Below, piece by piece: positions 42,331-56,971 of a DNA stretch of 64,000 nucleotides. The notes beneath the pieces are model-generated. The model searched no databases. It was not told the DNA's origin and saw only the letters and a program-made list of their open reading frames with translations. This DNA is from the human T2T-CHM13v2.0 reference genome, Homo sapiens, in NCBI RefSeq assembly GCF_009914755.1, contig NC_060932.1; one strand, given 5' to 3'. Each line of letters starts with the position of its first letter. Positions within the stretch are counted from its first letter, which is position 1. The position numbers and the translations under genes were made by a program.

Positions 42331-43216
42331 TTGCACAAAAGTTTAACTTTGGACTATGAAACAGAAGCAGATTTTTGATAGGCTTGAAGAAACATTATTT
42401 CATTAAGTTATTTTCACCATATTCCAATTACTCTAAACACCAGTGTTCTTAATTGTGGCTCTAGCAATGTGCTTTTGCTAAACTGATTACATCAAGGTTC
42501 CTAAAATGTGCTGCAGCATCTCAGTTCACACTTGTGTTATTTTTGTCTTTTCTTAAACATCAGGATTTTTTACATCTTCCACACAACTCTTCAGTTATAA
42601 ATATTTTGAGTTCTCACCTTGGAGGCACACCTTTGAAATGTATGGCTTCGTTTTTATTTGTACCAGCCCAACATCCCTACCATGGCATGTGTTCACACAC
42701 TCGCTCCTCCACTCCTTCCTTCATTCCTCTTCAAAATGTCACTGTTTGAGTGACTCATTTCAGGTATCATGGTAGGCACGGGACTGCCATAGTCAACAAC
42801 ACAGTCTCTGCCTCAAGGAACTTAGATTTTCCCCTTTATTTTAAGAGAAATAACATTACTCTTAGTGGACATGCTCTATCTGTTATATTTGGACAATGAG
42901 TATTCCATGATTATTTATTGCATCAAGTTATTTGAAATTTAATGCTTCTTACAAAATTCCATATACTATGCAAATGTAAAATGAAGCCCTATTTAAAAGG
43001 TAATTTTCAGAAACAAATTATATGATTCTCAGCTATTACTGTTTATAAATATCTTGCTTCTGAAAAGCAAATTTGCTTCCTTGACTCTTTCCCCTGGTTT
43101 TGAATTCTGCCTGGATTTTTTATTCATGTTCAGTAAAACTAAAACCCTGCTTCCCAGAAGAACTGTTTTGGAATGCAGCTATGAGTGGGGGTGATACAAT
43201 GTGTTCAATATAATAG

Positions 43217-43254
43217 AATAAAAATAAGTTTTCTAAAAAAAAAAAAAAAAAAAA
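43217..43254 (+). terminator. Candidate distal poly(A) signal followed by genomic A20
   Basis: AATAAA 43217-43222 and A-tract 43235-43254. Confidence 0.45.
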
Positions 43255-44249
43255 GCAAAATTTTCCTTCCATTTGTGTAGAAATGTGGCTTTTTAAAACA
43301 TTCATGACTTAGCATTGACATATTCATCTCTTTTAGTAGTATTCATCTCTTTCTAGAGCTACTGAAATACCAAAAATAGATATTATTTTCCTAAGGAAAC
43401 TCTTGTCTGGAGAGATGAGCACTTAGCTAATTTACTATCACTGCTTGTGCTATTTGAGTCATAGACAGTGTTTGAATCTTCCAGTATTTCAATACTGTGT
43501 GCGATCTGTATTCAGACAGGCCTATAAATCACCCCACTATAATTCAGTCGAATCCTCTGTGGTCTTACTTGTACAACAGACAGATGTGAGGCTTTTGGTT
43601 CCAATGGAAGATGGGCGCTCTTTATTTTCTTTTTATTCTTGAACTAGCATTTCTATAAAGAACTATTTCAAATGCTTAATATTAAATCCTTAGAGTGTGG
43701 CATTTCTTGTGAAGTACTCGTTGTGATGGGCTCATTCTTCTAAGCTCGTGGAAGTATCGTGTGTGTGTGTGTGTGATGATATTATTGGTATAAATATGGT
43801 ATTACCATATAATTCACATTTTTTTTCCTACACAATGCAGAGTGAAACATGATTGCACTAGATGGCCTTAGAAACTACCTGTTTCTTTCTGAAAACCACC
43901 AAATCTTAAGACAGTCCTCCCATATGCAACCCCTCTGCCATTGCCTTAGTTCATATTCTCATCATCTCTTACCTGAACTGTTGATTCTAGAAGTTCCTAA
44001 CTGGAAGTCTCCCTCACTCCCCAACCGGCCTCTTCCTCATTCCATTTCACGCCACAAATACCATCATCAACTCTGGTCATGTCACTCCCCTGTGTAAAGA
44101 CATCCTCTGGCTTGAATTGGTTGCTGATAGGCTAAATCCTAACTTCCTATAACAGAGAAAGTTGGGCATATGACTCTCAGATCTCGGTCACCAAGCCCAG
44201 GCCCCCAGGCTCCAACCGAAGGGAAATTTCCTCTGGAAACTTTTCACCG

Positions 44250-44756
44250 CTGCATTTGTGATCTGTTGTGTAACAAATTGTTCCAAAACTCAACAACTTA
44301 AAACAATAAACAATTATTATCGTAGTTCCTGTGGATCAGGAATGCTAGAGTGGCTTAGCCAAGTGGTGTTGGCTCAGGGTATTTCACGAGGCTGCAGACA
44401 AGATGGCGGCTGGGGCTTGACCACTTCCAAGATGGCTCACAAGGTATTAGCAAGAGGCTTCAATTCTCTACAGCATGGGCCTCTCCCAGGGGCTGCCTGA
44501 GAGTCCTTATAACATAGGATCTGGTTTCCCCTAGAAGGAGTGACCAAGGAGAGGGAGCAAGGAGGATGCCACAATTCCTCATACAGTTCAGTGTCCTGGG
44601 TCACACACATTCAATGTGTGTGATGGCTGTCCATCACATTCAGTTCACTCAAAATGGGTCACTAAATATAGCTCCCCCTCCCAGGGAGCAGAGTGAGGCC
44701 CATATTTTAAAGGGAGGAATATCAAGGAACTTGTGGACATGTCTTAAAACTACCAT
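44250..44756 (-). mobile_element. Old MaLR LTR (MLT1F/G/H-like)
   Basis: TGTGTAACAAATT..TCCAAAACT, CCACTTCCAAGATGGCTCAC, ATGGGCCTCTCC, TTAAAACTACCA. Confidence 0.75.
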
Positions 44757-45194
44757 TGCTGCTGAGTTTCAGTAGCTCTTCACTGGAAGGAATGCTTTCT
44801 CCTCCCTCCGTGACCACACAGACACTTGCTGTTTCAATACTCAACACAGTCATCAATCAGTGCAATTTTTTTTTTTTTGAGTTTCTATGTTGCCTTTCCC
44901 CATTAGATTATATTTTTTGTCATGGCCATGACCCAGCCTTTTCTAGCCTAAATGGTCCTTTTGTGTGAATTTTAAAAAGGTGTGCCTTCCTCAAAACATT
45001 TTATTCCCTGCCAAAAAAAAGAGAAAACATCCTAATAAACATACAAATCTCTAATGACTGTGATGCAAACTGTGGTCCCAGAGTTGGGCAGCAAGCAACA
45101 AACACAGCAGCCCAGGGTGTATAATAGGTGCTTAATTAGTATGTACTGACTTTTTTTTTCCACGTTCCCGTCCTGTGCTAAACTATAAATGTTG

Positions 45195-45330
45195 CCACAA
45201 CAAACCCAAAGTGATAGTTATTGTCCCCATTTTAGAGGTGAAGAAACTTAGTTCCATGGAGATTATGCACCTTAACTAAGATCCCAAAGAAAGGAACTTG
45301 CAGAGTGGAACTTGAAACTCAACTCTGATA
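45195..45330 (-). mobile_element. MIR
   Basis: TTATTGTCCCCATTTTAGAGGTGAAGAAACT. Confidence 0.65.
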
Positions 45331-46609
45331 CGAAATGTTTTGAGGAAGCCATGCCCTCCCTACAGCCCAGTTGAAGACAAGAAGAGGCAAACTAAGTGTG
45401 TTATGCTTAAACACAGAAGGGTCCTTACATTCATTTTGATTTTTTTAACCGATGCCTGTGTGAAAAAACAGTCCTCAAGCAGTCAAAACTTCAGCGATTT
45501 CATTTGTACCTAAATGGGAGCCCATAAAGTTAGAAAAAGACTTCAGCTCTTCCACTGTGAGTAACACACAGCCCACTGAGTTCAAAGAGACAAGGACATT
45601 CGAATTGTGTGCTTTCAGTTTTGAGTGTGCCATATTTTAAAATCGCATCCTGTCTGTTTTGATCAAGGACTTTTAGAAGGATGGAGAAAAATGGCCACAA
45701 TTCAACAATCAGGAAACACATTTTGACTATTTGGTGAGTCAGCATCACTGCGTTCTCCCATCGTTACAGGTGTAGCTGGCATGTTCTGACCAGAAGTAGT
45801 AAAGAGGGTAAGGATGCTCCAGATAAACCGAGTAGATTTCTAACTCAGTCAGAAGAGATGGCTAGTCTCATCAGCATTTTGAAAACACCAAACCTGACTT
45901 GTCCACTTAGCCCTGTAAAATAACTCGGCTTATGTCACTTTCTACAGTGCTGAACAAGAGCTGAGCTAGAAAGACCCCAGGCTGGGTGGCTGTGTGTGTG
46001 GCTTTGCACAGGTCACCTTCGTGAGGGTTTCTCCTGTGTGTTCAGGTCCTGTCCCCTTGCTTTGGCAGAAACTCTGGAAAAGGAAAAGCCAGAAGGAGAT
46101 GGGCCTCGGCTACCTTTTAGAACCCCTTCCTCTAATACCTGGGACTCACCTGCCTCAAAGTGTGCCGCCATTCCCTCACCTGGAAAATGGGGGGAGGCCA
46201 TCAAACGGATGTGAGCCCTTGGCCTCAGGGCTCTGGGACAGCATGGATAACTGTTTTTGAAGCATTAGGATGATGTGTGAAGAATATGAGAATTCAGAGA
46301 AGACTGGGTTCATATCGTGGGCAAGTAAGACAGCAAGTGAGGCCCTAATGGGGGCCAAACACCTAACGGAACAGCATTTTATGCTCTGTCTACCTTAGAG
46401 AGTGTTAATTGGAGAAGGAAATGAAGGGCTCTTTTCTAAATGGAAGGAATCTCCAGAAAAAGCCTCACTAAACTTTCAGAATGGCAGAGGCTGACAGAAT
46501 CGAATGTGGCCGTGTTCACACCGACATACCATCCAAAGTTGTGAGGATAAACATTATGATAGTCTTTTACTAGTTGAATGTTCTTTTCATGTGACATTAA
46601 TGAAACAAC

Positions 46610-46790
46610 TATTAGCATGTCTTAGATGGACACTATGCTAAGCACTGTGTCACATTATCTCACTTTATTCTCACAAGAACTTTAGAAGTAAATTAAAATC
46701 CATCTTACTGATGAGGAAGCTGAGGATTAAGTTTCCTCTCCAAGGCACACATCCAGTAAATGGAAAAAGCAAAACACAAACCCAGGTTCA
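46610..46790 (-). mobile_element. MIR
   Basis: CACTATGCTAAGCACT...CTGATGAGGAAGCTGAGG. Confidence 0.7.
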
Positions 46791-47248
46791 TAAAACATAT
46801 CCTAAGACTCATTCTGTGCATATGAAAATGAACTTTTAATATCTAGGATGGCAGGAACCACTTTTGCTTCTTTGCAGTAAGTTGCATCACATAACATTTC
46901 TCAGAACTTAAAACACTGTTGAACATACTGGTTTGTGATTGTTTCATAGAGTGAGTGACTCAAAACTGTTGAGCGTATGTGATCACATCAGGACCCAAGT
47001 TTCTGGGTTCTTCTGAGAGGGACATTAGCAATAAACTGTCCCTCTCCATGTTACTGTACGAAGGAGAAAACGGAGATCTAGATGAGTGAGGTGGTGGACA
47101 CAGCCAGGGCTGTAGGGCAAGGGAACTGGCAGAGGGGCTGGAACAGGGAGACAGCTGCTCAGACCCCATGAAGGAGGCTGGATCAGGGAACAGTGGAGCC
47201 TCACAAGGCTAACAATTCCATCGTGCCAAGTAGGAGCAACCTGGGTAA

Positions 47249-47563
<315 letters not shown>

Positions 47564-47869
47564 AACTCTGTTATTTTTATGCAGTTTCCCTTGACTCAAA
47601 AACTATGTATCAGATATTTAAAGAAACCTTGATTTAGAGTTTTTCTGTTAATATACATTAACTTTTTAAATTAATCCTAGCAAACATAAAATACTTAATA
47701 AAGATGGAGAAATTTATCTAAGGAAGTTTTTGTCAATTTTGGAAATGAGTACCACTGTCTTAATATCATTTTATTAACTTCACCATCCATAGATGCCCAG
47801 TTATCCTCAATATCTCAAGAACCATCTTTCCAGGCCTGGTTCCTCTGCCTCCTTGTCTGCTGAGGTGGA

Positions 47870-48237
47870 CATTGCCACTGGTTCTGATATCCCCTTCTCT
47901 CTCCTTCCAAGATCCTAGGAGAATGGCATTTCTACACCTCATAGCATTAGGTGTGGCCAATGAGCCACCAACAGAAGCGACATGTTACAGTTGGGAGGCA
48001 GCATAAAGAGCCAGCCCACGATTGTCTTCTCTTCTCTTCCTCCTGACATGGCAACCAGCAGAGTCCCATAGGGCGGAGCTTCCGTTAGGATCCTGAATGA
48101 GGACAGTGTGGAACAAAGGCCTCCATCCTAACCCAGAAGGACTATGTCAACCCAGGGGATAAACTTTATCCTTCTAAGCCACTGATAGTGTGGGGCTCTT
48201 TTTTTACTGTGGTACAGTCTATCCTGTTCTGGCTACA
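47870..48237 (+). mobile_element. Old MaLR LTR (MLT1I/J-like)
   Basis: TAGGTGTGGCCAATGAG, ATAAACTTT...TAAGCCACTGA...TTACTGTGGTA...TATCCTG. Confidence 0.6.
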
Positions 48238-48589
48238 GCCTCTGTTGAAGTGCACCCAATCTGCCACACAGGAGAGACCGCCATGCTGTCCCATCAGGAG
48301 GGGGTGGTAGGAAACAGAGACCAGGAATCCACCTTTTCACAAGTGTTCCCCAGATGATTCATGTGCAGTCTTTGCTTTCACAGATGATTTTCAGTGTTGC
48401 TAACTGGAAATCAGGTGAGAATATTGTAGTTGCCAGATACTTAAAAATACTTTGATACATTTTAGAACCACAATTACAAGCTCTAGCTTTTTGGAGGCTT
48501 ATTTTCAGAAATTTAAAAAACGCATTCAGTTGTACCTGCCCACTGTGACAAACTCGGCAGATTGAAATCAGGTTGCAACCTCTGTTGAT

Positions 48590-49235
48590 TTCCAATATCC
48601 CAATGCATTCTGGCCACTGTGATCTGTCATGAGGACCACCACCATAGCCTCTGAGTGGGTGTCCACCCTGCTCTTGCTTCCCTCAGTGTATTCCCAGAAA
48701 GCTACCAAAAGTGATCTTTAAAAAGCAGAAATCACATGGTGTCATTCTGTGGTTTCCATTGCAGTTATGACACAATTCTTTTAAAATGCCAAACTTCAGC
48801 CTGTAAGGCCCTTCAGTAGTCCCTCCCGACCAGGCCCCTTGCCCTCAGCCCCCATTCTCTCCACTCTCACCCTGCTCTGGGCTCCTTCTCTCTCTATGCT
48901 TGTGGAACGTACCAGCTCTTCTCACCCCAGTCCCCAGGGGCCAAGATCTTGCCATTTGGCCTTAGTAGACTATTTTTCCCTTGATATTTGATCTTCCTGT
49001 TACTGACTTGTCGTCTTAGATTTTGCTTCAGCTGACATCTCAGAGGGCCCTTCCTGCCACCCTATGTAAAGTAGATGCTGTGTTAATCTCCATCCCTTCG
49101 TATTTCCTTCCTGGTTCTTTGTAATCTGAAGTTACCATATTCATTAAGTGACTCTCTTGGTCACCTTTTACCTCCTTTACCCAGTTCAGTGTCTGGCACA
49201 GGGGTGTGAAGAGTAGGTACCTTTGGAATGAATGG
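48590..49235 (+). mobile_element. L2 3' fragment
   Basis: CCAAAAGTGATCTTTAAAA...TCAGAGGGCCCTTCCTG...GTCTGGCACA...GAATGAATG terminus. Confidence 0.65.
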
Positions 49236-52200
49236 AAGAATCCAAACATGACTCCTCAACTAAATCCCACCTCGTGGCTGTGGAGCCCCCACCAGCTCAT
49301 GCCCTTCTGCCTCCCCTGTCTCTGTTGCTGATACCACCGTTCTACAAGAGGCAACTGGGCTTGACATTGAAGGGTTTTCTTCCTACCTGTTCTTGGAAAA
49401 TAAACCAGACAGCATGTTTGAGGTAATGGGAGTCCAGAATATGAAATTCTTTTTACAAAGAGATTTTACAAGCAAGTATTTTTCACTCCTTGCGCAGTTG
49501 CCTTCAAAGGAAGGGGAAGTCCTGCTCACTTTGCACCATAGCCCAGAGCCAGGGAAGCTCTGCTGGGGGTGTGGGGCGTGGGAAATAATAATCTAAGACT
49601 ATTGATATGAGCTGAATCTTGATACCCTCATATTTGTCCCAAAAGACAATGAGTAGCATACTCCTTTTCTCAGCCAAAATACAAAAACTTACCCTTTATG
49701 CGAAAATATATCCTTGGGGTAGTGCTGCTGGGTATTAACCATTGAAGCCCTCCTGGCAGACAGTTTTCCAGGCAAATTGGCCTCAGAAACACTTCCCATT
49801 TTAGCCTTTCAATGTGTGCACACTGACCTCTCCACCACGGGTTCACCATCCTGTTCTCTGGAAATTCTGCTCACTGGGGCAGAGGGAAACAAGCCATGCG
49901 TGAATGCAATTGCTCCCTCAACTGAATGAAACTGTGGTGGCTCGTAATTGATAACATATGGAAGTTCAACTGGGAAAAAGGGAAAATGGGAGAGAGAATT
50001 CTCATTACACCACCTCCTAGAATGCTTGGCTTAGCATGTTTTGCCTTCTTAAGTGTAAATAAGTTTGAAGCTTTCGAGGATTTCTAGGCATACATAATCT
50101 TTTCCAGTCCTTTCCTCCTTTTTATAATAGATGGAGAACAGCAGCCAGGTGAGGTATTTATGTGCCTCACAAACCCAGCTCCCAGACAGGTTCTGTGAAT
50201 GTTTCAGTCACATCACTTTCCTCTATTGAGTTCTAGGCCATTTTAAGGACTTGAGCTACTGAGCATTTTATTTTGGTGGAAAACATTGAGACATTCATTT
50301 ATTAACTTCATGGGCATGTGGTTTTTCACTAACAGCTTTCCCTGTGTCCCCCCAGTGAGCTGACAGCTGCACATGGTTTAGGAATGTGTGGCTAAGGCCT
50401 GTGGCTGCCGGAAAATCACTCCACTTGGTTTGGACAAAGGCTTGGTGTGTTCTATCCATGTTTCAGATTTCTCAGAGCATCTCGGTGTTGAAGCATCTGA
50501 TCTAAAATGAACTCACTTCCCTGAAGACCCCTTGCTCTGAGTTTATGGACTTACTACCATCTGCTGAGAATTCTTTTGATTAAAAAAAAAAATCTATGAA
50601 TGGAGATCTGGATAGCGTTTTGGGTTCCCAAATGTTTTCAAGTTTAATTCCCCACCTGATACCTTTTAACAGCAGTTTAATGGTTGAGATGGAGTTTTGT
50701 GCATTCTGCCGTGTATATACGCACATGTTGGATTTCTTAAGGAATGTATTCCAGACAAATGTGCTGAGGGTCAAATTATACTCAGTTATTTCCAAAACTT
50801 AAATCCTGGTGATTTTGGGGTCTGTTCAGGGAGATATGAAATGCTATGCAGACAAGCAGATTGTAGGGCTGATTTCCAGCTCAAAGGGAAGTGTAAAGGA
50901 TCTTCTTTCCTTGAGCATGTATTTGTTCTTAACACTATTTTCCTTTTGATTGGATTGCTTTTTCACACATTCAGGTTTAGAGGGAAAGAAAAAAGAAAAG
51001 GAAAGAAAAGAGAAAAGAAAGAAAAGAAAAGAATAGCAAGTGTCTTGCAGGTGAGAAGGTGACACAGCTGCTGTCAAGGCTGGTTCTGCTCAACATCCAT
51101 CTTTCTGCCCACCTGCAGGTGCCCACTAGCAATCACTTCCCTGAAGATGGGCACTCTTCTCACCTCTGTATCGCCAGGCCCTAGTTAACTGTGTGGCAAG
51201 TATTGGGTGTAGGTGCTTAATGTTTGCTGAATGGATGTGGAGTAGAGAGAACTAGGAGCACTTTGGGGTTCTTAATCTGTGGGGAGAGACCAGATAGGCT
51301 TAGTGGGGTGGCTTCCCATCAGTTATGTCCTGTCCCTTCATAGGCTCCCCACACATGTGTGCTGTGGTTCTCCCTCTTTACCTTCTCCATCTCACCTCTC
51401 TTCCCTGAGTTGCTGTGATGAACCAAGCATCTCTAGGCCCAAGGGATACAGCAATGAGCCCCCACAGAATAGATGCTCACAGCCATAAGGAGCCCGGCTT
51501 CTTGACAGAGAGTAGATCCAATAGCTAAATAGGTCAGACTTATAAAATGTTAGATGATGGCATGCACTTAGGGAAAGAAAAATAAAACAGGGAGGAGAGA
51601 GAGCGAGTGGCCTGCTCAAGGAATCATTTGAGAAAGACTAAAGGAAGTGAGGGAGGTGCTCTGCAGATACCTTGGAGAAGCAATCTGGGCTAGAGACAGA
51701 TCAAATAAACTGCAGGGAGGCCAGCAGGACTGGTAAGGGATGGGCTGGTCAGGTAGGACCTGTTGGCTATTTACCAATAAGTGTCAATGGGGGGAAAAAA
51801 AAGAATGTGCTATAATCAAATTTAGAGGAAACTTCAGGTTAAATGGATGTAAGCATGTTCTGCGGGATTTTCATCGGAGCCTTTAATCTCCGAGAAACAA
51901 TTTTAGTGAAAAGTGTTTCCTAGGTATTTGAGTCAGGAGGCACTTTTGCAGGAACTCAAGAACTCAATTCTCTGAAGATCCCAGAAGTAAGCTGAGGGGC
52001 TAGGGAGGGGATAGCAGCAGAGGCAGACTCTGGGGCCCACCCTCTTCACTGACTGTGTCCCAAATACATCCTACCTGAGCTTACAACACAAAAATATCCA
52101 GGAAAGAGAAAAGTCAAATAAGCTGCTGTGTCAGATGACAGAGACATTATACACATATTATGCTTTCCTGAGATACATTATTTGTTTAGCTAATCCAACT

Positions 52201-53128
52201 ATTAATTACTACCAATTGCTACCATTCAGTAGTCTTATTTTTGTTTAATTAGTAACATTTATGTAACAAAAGTAAATAATATGGAATCGTATATGACTTC
52301 AAATAAGCACATAGTTTTCATATCTTAAGGTGATTAACATGTCTATCATATAAACAAATATATACATATGTAGTATGGATATACTATCTATATATATGAA
52401 TATGACAAGCATGTGTACACTATATATATAAAGTTGTTGTCCTGCTGCTGCGGCTGTGTCCTGGGTGGTCTCTCTGAAAAGCTGGTCCCCCTACCTAAGT
52501 TCAGAGTTCAGTTTTCATGGGGACTTGGAGAACGCATCAGCCACCAACGCCACCTGGAGAACAAAGACAACAGAACCAAATAAAACAGTGGAGACCAGCA
52601 AACACTCCCGGGGTGGAGTCTCCCAGAGCCAAATAAATCAGGAACCTAGACTGGAGCCAACCACAGAGGCTGAGGAATGTCTGAGAACTTAAAACTCTAA
52701 TCTCTGCAGCCCAGTAACAAGAATTCACATCTGCTGTCTGCTCCAGGGGAGCACTGGGGACCCCTTCCCCACCGCTCCCTGCCCTCCACCTCCCAGAAGG
52801 CAGCCAGCGAGAGGGTGAGAACTGGCTTGGGGATTTGAGAATTTGACTCCCATTGCCTTTTCCTGTGATGAACCTTCAGCAACTCACTGAAATTCCCTGA
52901 GCCTCGGTTTTGTCAACTGTGAAATGGAGATGCTATTGCCTTCTCCTGAGTGGTGTGGGTCAATTATTTTGTGAGGATTTCATGTGCGTATACAGTGGCA
53001 CACTGTGAGGCCTTGTATATCCCCCACTCCTCACTATACTCTTTGCTTTTATAAGGGTCATTTCAGATGCTCAGCAGAATGAACGGTCACCATAAAGGAG
53101 GCCTGAGCTTTTTAGAAAACTATTTGCA

Positions 53129-53453
<325 letters not shown>

Positions 53454-54384
53454 TTATTTACCACAGGAAAACTTCTTTTATTTATTTTTGTAAATAAAAC
53501 TTTTTATTTTTGAGGGCCTGGTGTGTCCTGGGTTTTGTGGAGCACAAAGAGAAGTCAACCAAGTGAGTAGAGGGGAGAGGATTCAACTCCCACTGCCTCG
53601 AGCTCCTTGCTCCTTCCTCTCCCTTAGTTTCAGTTCAAATCCTAGGAAAACCAAATCAAACTACCTCCTCTCCAAGCCTTCCTGTTGCCTCACATGAAGC
53701 AACCTCCTTCCTTCAGATGCTTATGACAATTATTCATAGTAGAGAACACTTGGTAATAAATCACATACAGCATGCTGGCATGTCCTCCACATTAAAAAAA
53801 TTATTTTTTAATTGTTGTCAAAAATTGTTTGCATTTTACATTATTCTATTTAACTTTCCCACTGAGAAAGCAGTGAGAAAACCCACCCATCTAAATATTC
53901 ACACTGTGACTTCATCTGGGAAAACCCATTTTGCATACATACTGCCCAGCATTCACTTTAGCATGAATTTACTTTAAGACTTTCTATTTTTTAATCTACA
54001 AACATTAACTACAGTTGTAAAAATCACTTTGTTTCAAATGGGGTATAGAGATGTACAGACGTGTGCAGTTAATTAAAGACCTCGATAGACCATCCGTGCT
54101 CTGCATTGCACATTCCTATCCCTTTCACTGTGGAAGTCTGCTGTCCAACACCCTTTAGAGCAACTACAGTTTTCATTGTGCAACATGCTTACAGGATTGG
54201 GAACATTAGGGAGCTTAATGAAGGGAGGGGGTGAGAGGGACAGGGAACCCAAGAGAAGAGAAGTTTCCCTAAATGGTTGTATACTGTGTTGAGCTTGACT
54301 TATTGAAATAAAGCTTTTTGCAAAACTCATTATTTATTACAACTTTCCACGGGCTAGAAACTATCTACACACTGTACCCACTAG

Positions 54385-55090
<706 letters not shown>

Positions 55091-56696
55091 GTAAGTTTAC
55101 TGGAAAACAGGCCAAGTGTGGAGACTAAGTGAAAGCAATACTATTTGCAGGGCATGTCTGAAGTCATTTACATGTATAACTCCCACCTCAGGCCCAGAAA
55201 GGCTGAGGAGCTGCGAGATCATTCTGTGTCAAACAGGATTAAATGATGCTGTAGATGCTATTGGAAAGTGAACACTTTAGAAGATTTTAAATGTTAAAAC
55301 CAAAAGAGTTTGAAAGTTTTCTGTGCAAATGTTTCTAACCAGATGTGCATGTGTGTGTGCCTGTGTGTGCATGTGCGCGCGTGTGTTTTCATACTTCTAT
55401 AAGAGAAATTTTACTCTAGAATTTAGGGATTCGAAAGAATGAGTAGAGCAGACATGAACTTGCCATGTGGGTCTTGTTTGCTGCTTCTTACTTCACCAAA
55501 GCTGGTATTTTAAGCACCCTGATTTCATTTCCATCCTGAGACCTTGCAGATAAAATAGATATCCCTATAGATAAAACACAAGGTTGGATCCAGTCCACAC
55601 AGAAGCCTATGGCAGCTGCAAACACTCTCACTTGACTGCTCCCTGCACACCAGTCACAGGTCAGCAGAAACAATGGGCCTGTCTCTCCAAAGAGCACACC
55701 ATGTACAGCACAGCTTGTTAAAACTCTACCGACAGTGACCTCCGCATGAGGTGGCATTTCTTGTAAATGACAACAGTTTTTCAATTTGGTAGAGGAGAGT
55801 ATATTCCCTGAGATGCATAGCTAACAAGGTGACAATCCCGGGTGCTTTCCACAGAACAAAGGCCAAAGTCTGTGTTCTTATGGTAAGATGGCTAAAGGAG
55901 TGAGCCGGGACGTCCAACCAGGAAATTTATAGGCAGAAATAGGGGGAAGGGGCAAACTAAGAACAATTCCAGAACTTAAAAAAAAATCTAACGAGTTCAA
56001 GTAACTAATGATCCTAGGCTAGATTTTTGTTTTTGGTTTTGCATTTTGATTGACAAGTACTCAGAAGTATGTTAACCTCTAACAAAACGAATACCTAAAT
56101 ATTTTATCAAGCAGAGTCGCTGGTTAGGCCTGATTGCTCTGAGCGTGACCACACTGAGTGGAGACTCCACAGAAGGGAAGTGTCCGCCTGCAGAGAACAC
56201 CAGGCTTCCCACCACAGCTCTGCCCACAAAGCCCGTAAAAGGGAGGCACAGACAGGAGGCCTGCATGCTAACGTCCTCTTCTCATGAACTGTTTTTGTTC
56301 CACTTCGTATGAGGAAACTATAAGCTACCTATTGTCAACTGCACTAATTTCACATATTCCTCTGTGTCCTCAGAAATGAGGCATGTTGGTTTCGCCTGTG
56401 CAGGACCCACCACCCTCTTCTGTATACAACACCCCTAATTTCCTTGAGGTGCTGAGGCTCCCTGTTACCAGTTCCCCTCACCACTGGCTGAGGGTGTGAC
56501 AGGGACTCAGAGAGGGCCAGTTAGAGAGTGTGCCATCTCCCAGGCCACCTGCCCCATCTATGTCCCCTGAGGAGAAGTAGGGGAGCGGCTCTGGGCTGAA
56601 CAAGCGAGGCAAGATAGTCCTGGAGCTATTGGGGCCATCAGGTGCAGTAAGGCCGAGCTGGGACTGTTCAGTCATTCCATCTGGCTTGCAGTTCTG

Positions 56697-56971
56697 AAAG
56701 AAAGAAAGAGAAAGGAAAGAAAAAGAAGAAGAAAGGAAGGAAGGAAAGAAGGGAGGAAGGAAGGAAGGAAAAAGAGAAGAGAAAGACAGAAAGAAAGGAA
56801 GGAAGGAAGAAAGAAAAGAAAAAGAAAGAAAAGGAAGGAAGGAAAGAGGGGAGGAAGGAAGGAAGGAAAAAGAGAAGAGAAAGAAAGGAAGAAAGAAAAG
56901 AAAAAGAAAGAAAGGAGGGAAGGGAGGAAAGGAAGGAAGGATGGAAGGAAGGTAAGAAGGAAGGAAGAAGG
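56697..56971 (+). repeat. Polypurine (GAAA/GGAA)n compound microsatellite
   Basis: About 275 bp of almost pure A/G with GGAA and GAAA runs. Confidence 0.95.

Noticed and set aside
43794-43810. Palindrome ATATGGTA-T-TACCATAT (similarly TTTTGAACA...TGTTCAAAA near 23709-23734)
   Set aside because: 8-9-bp AT-rich arms are expected by chance in 64 kb.
55345-55386. Alternating purine-pyrimidine tract (also 9599-9632 and 43758-43775)
   Set aside because: Short, interrupted simple repeats with no context suggesting Z-DNA function.
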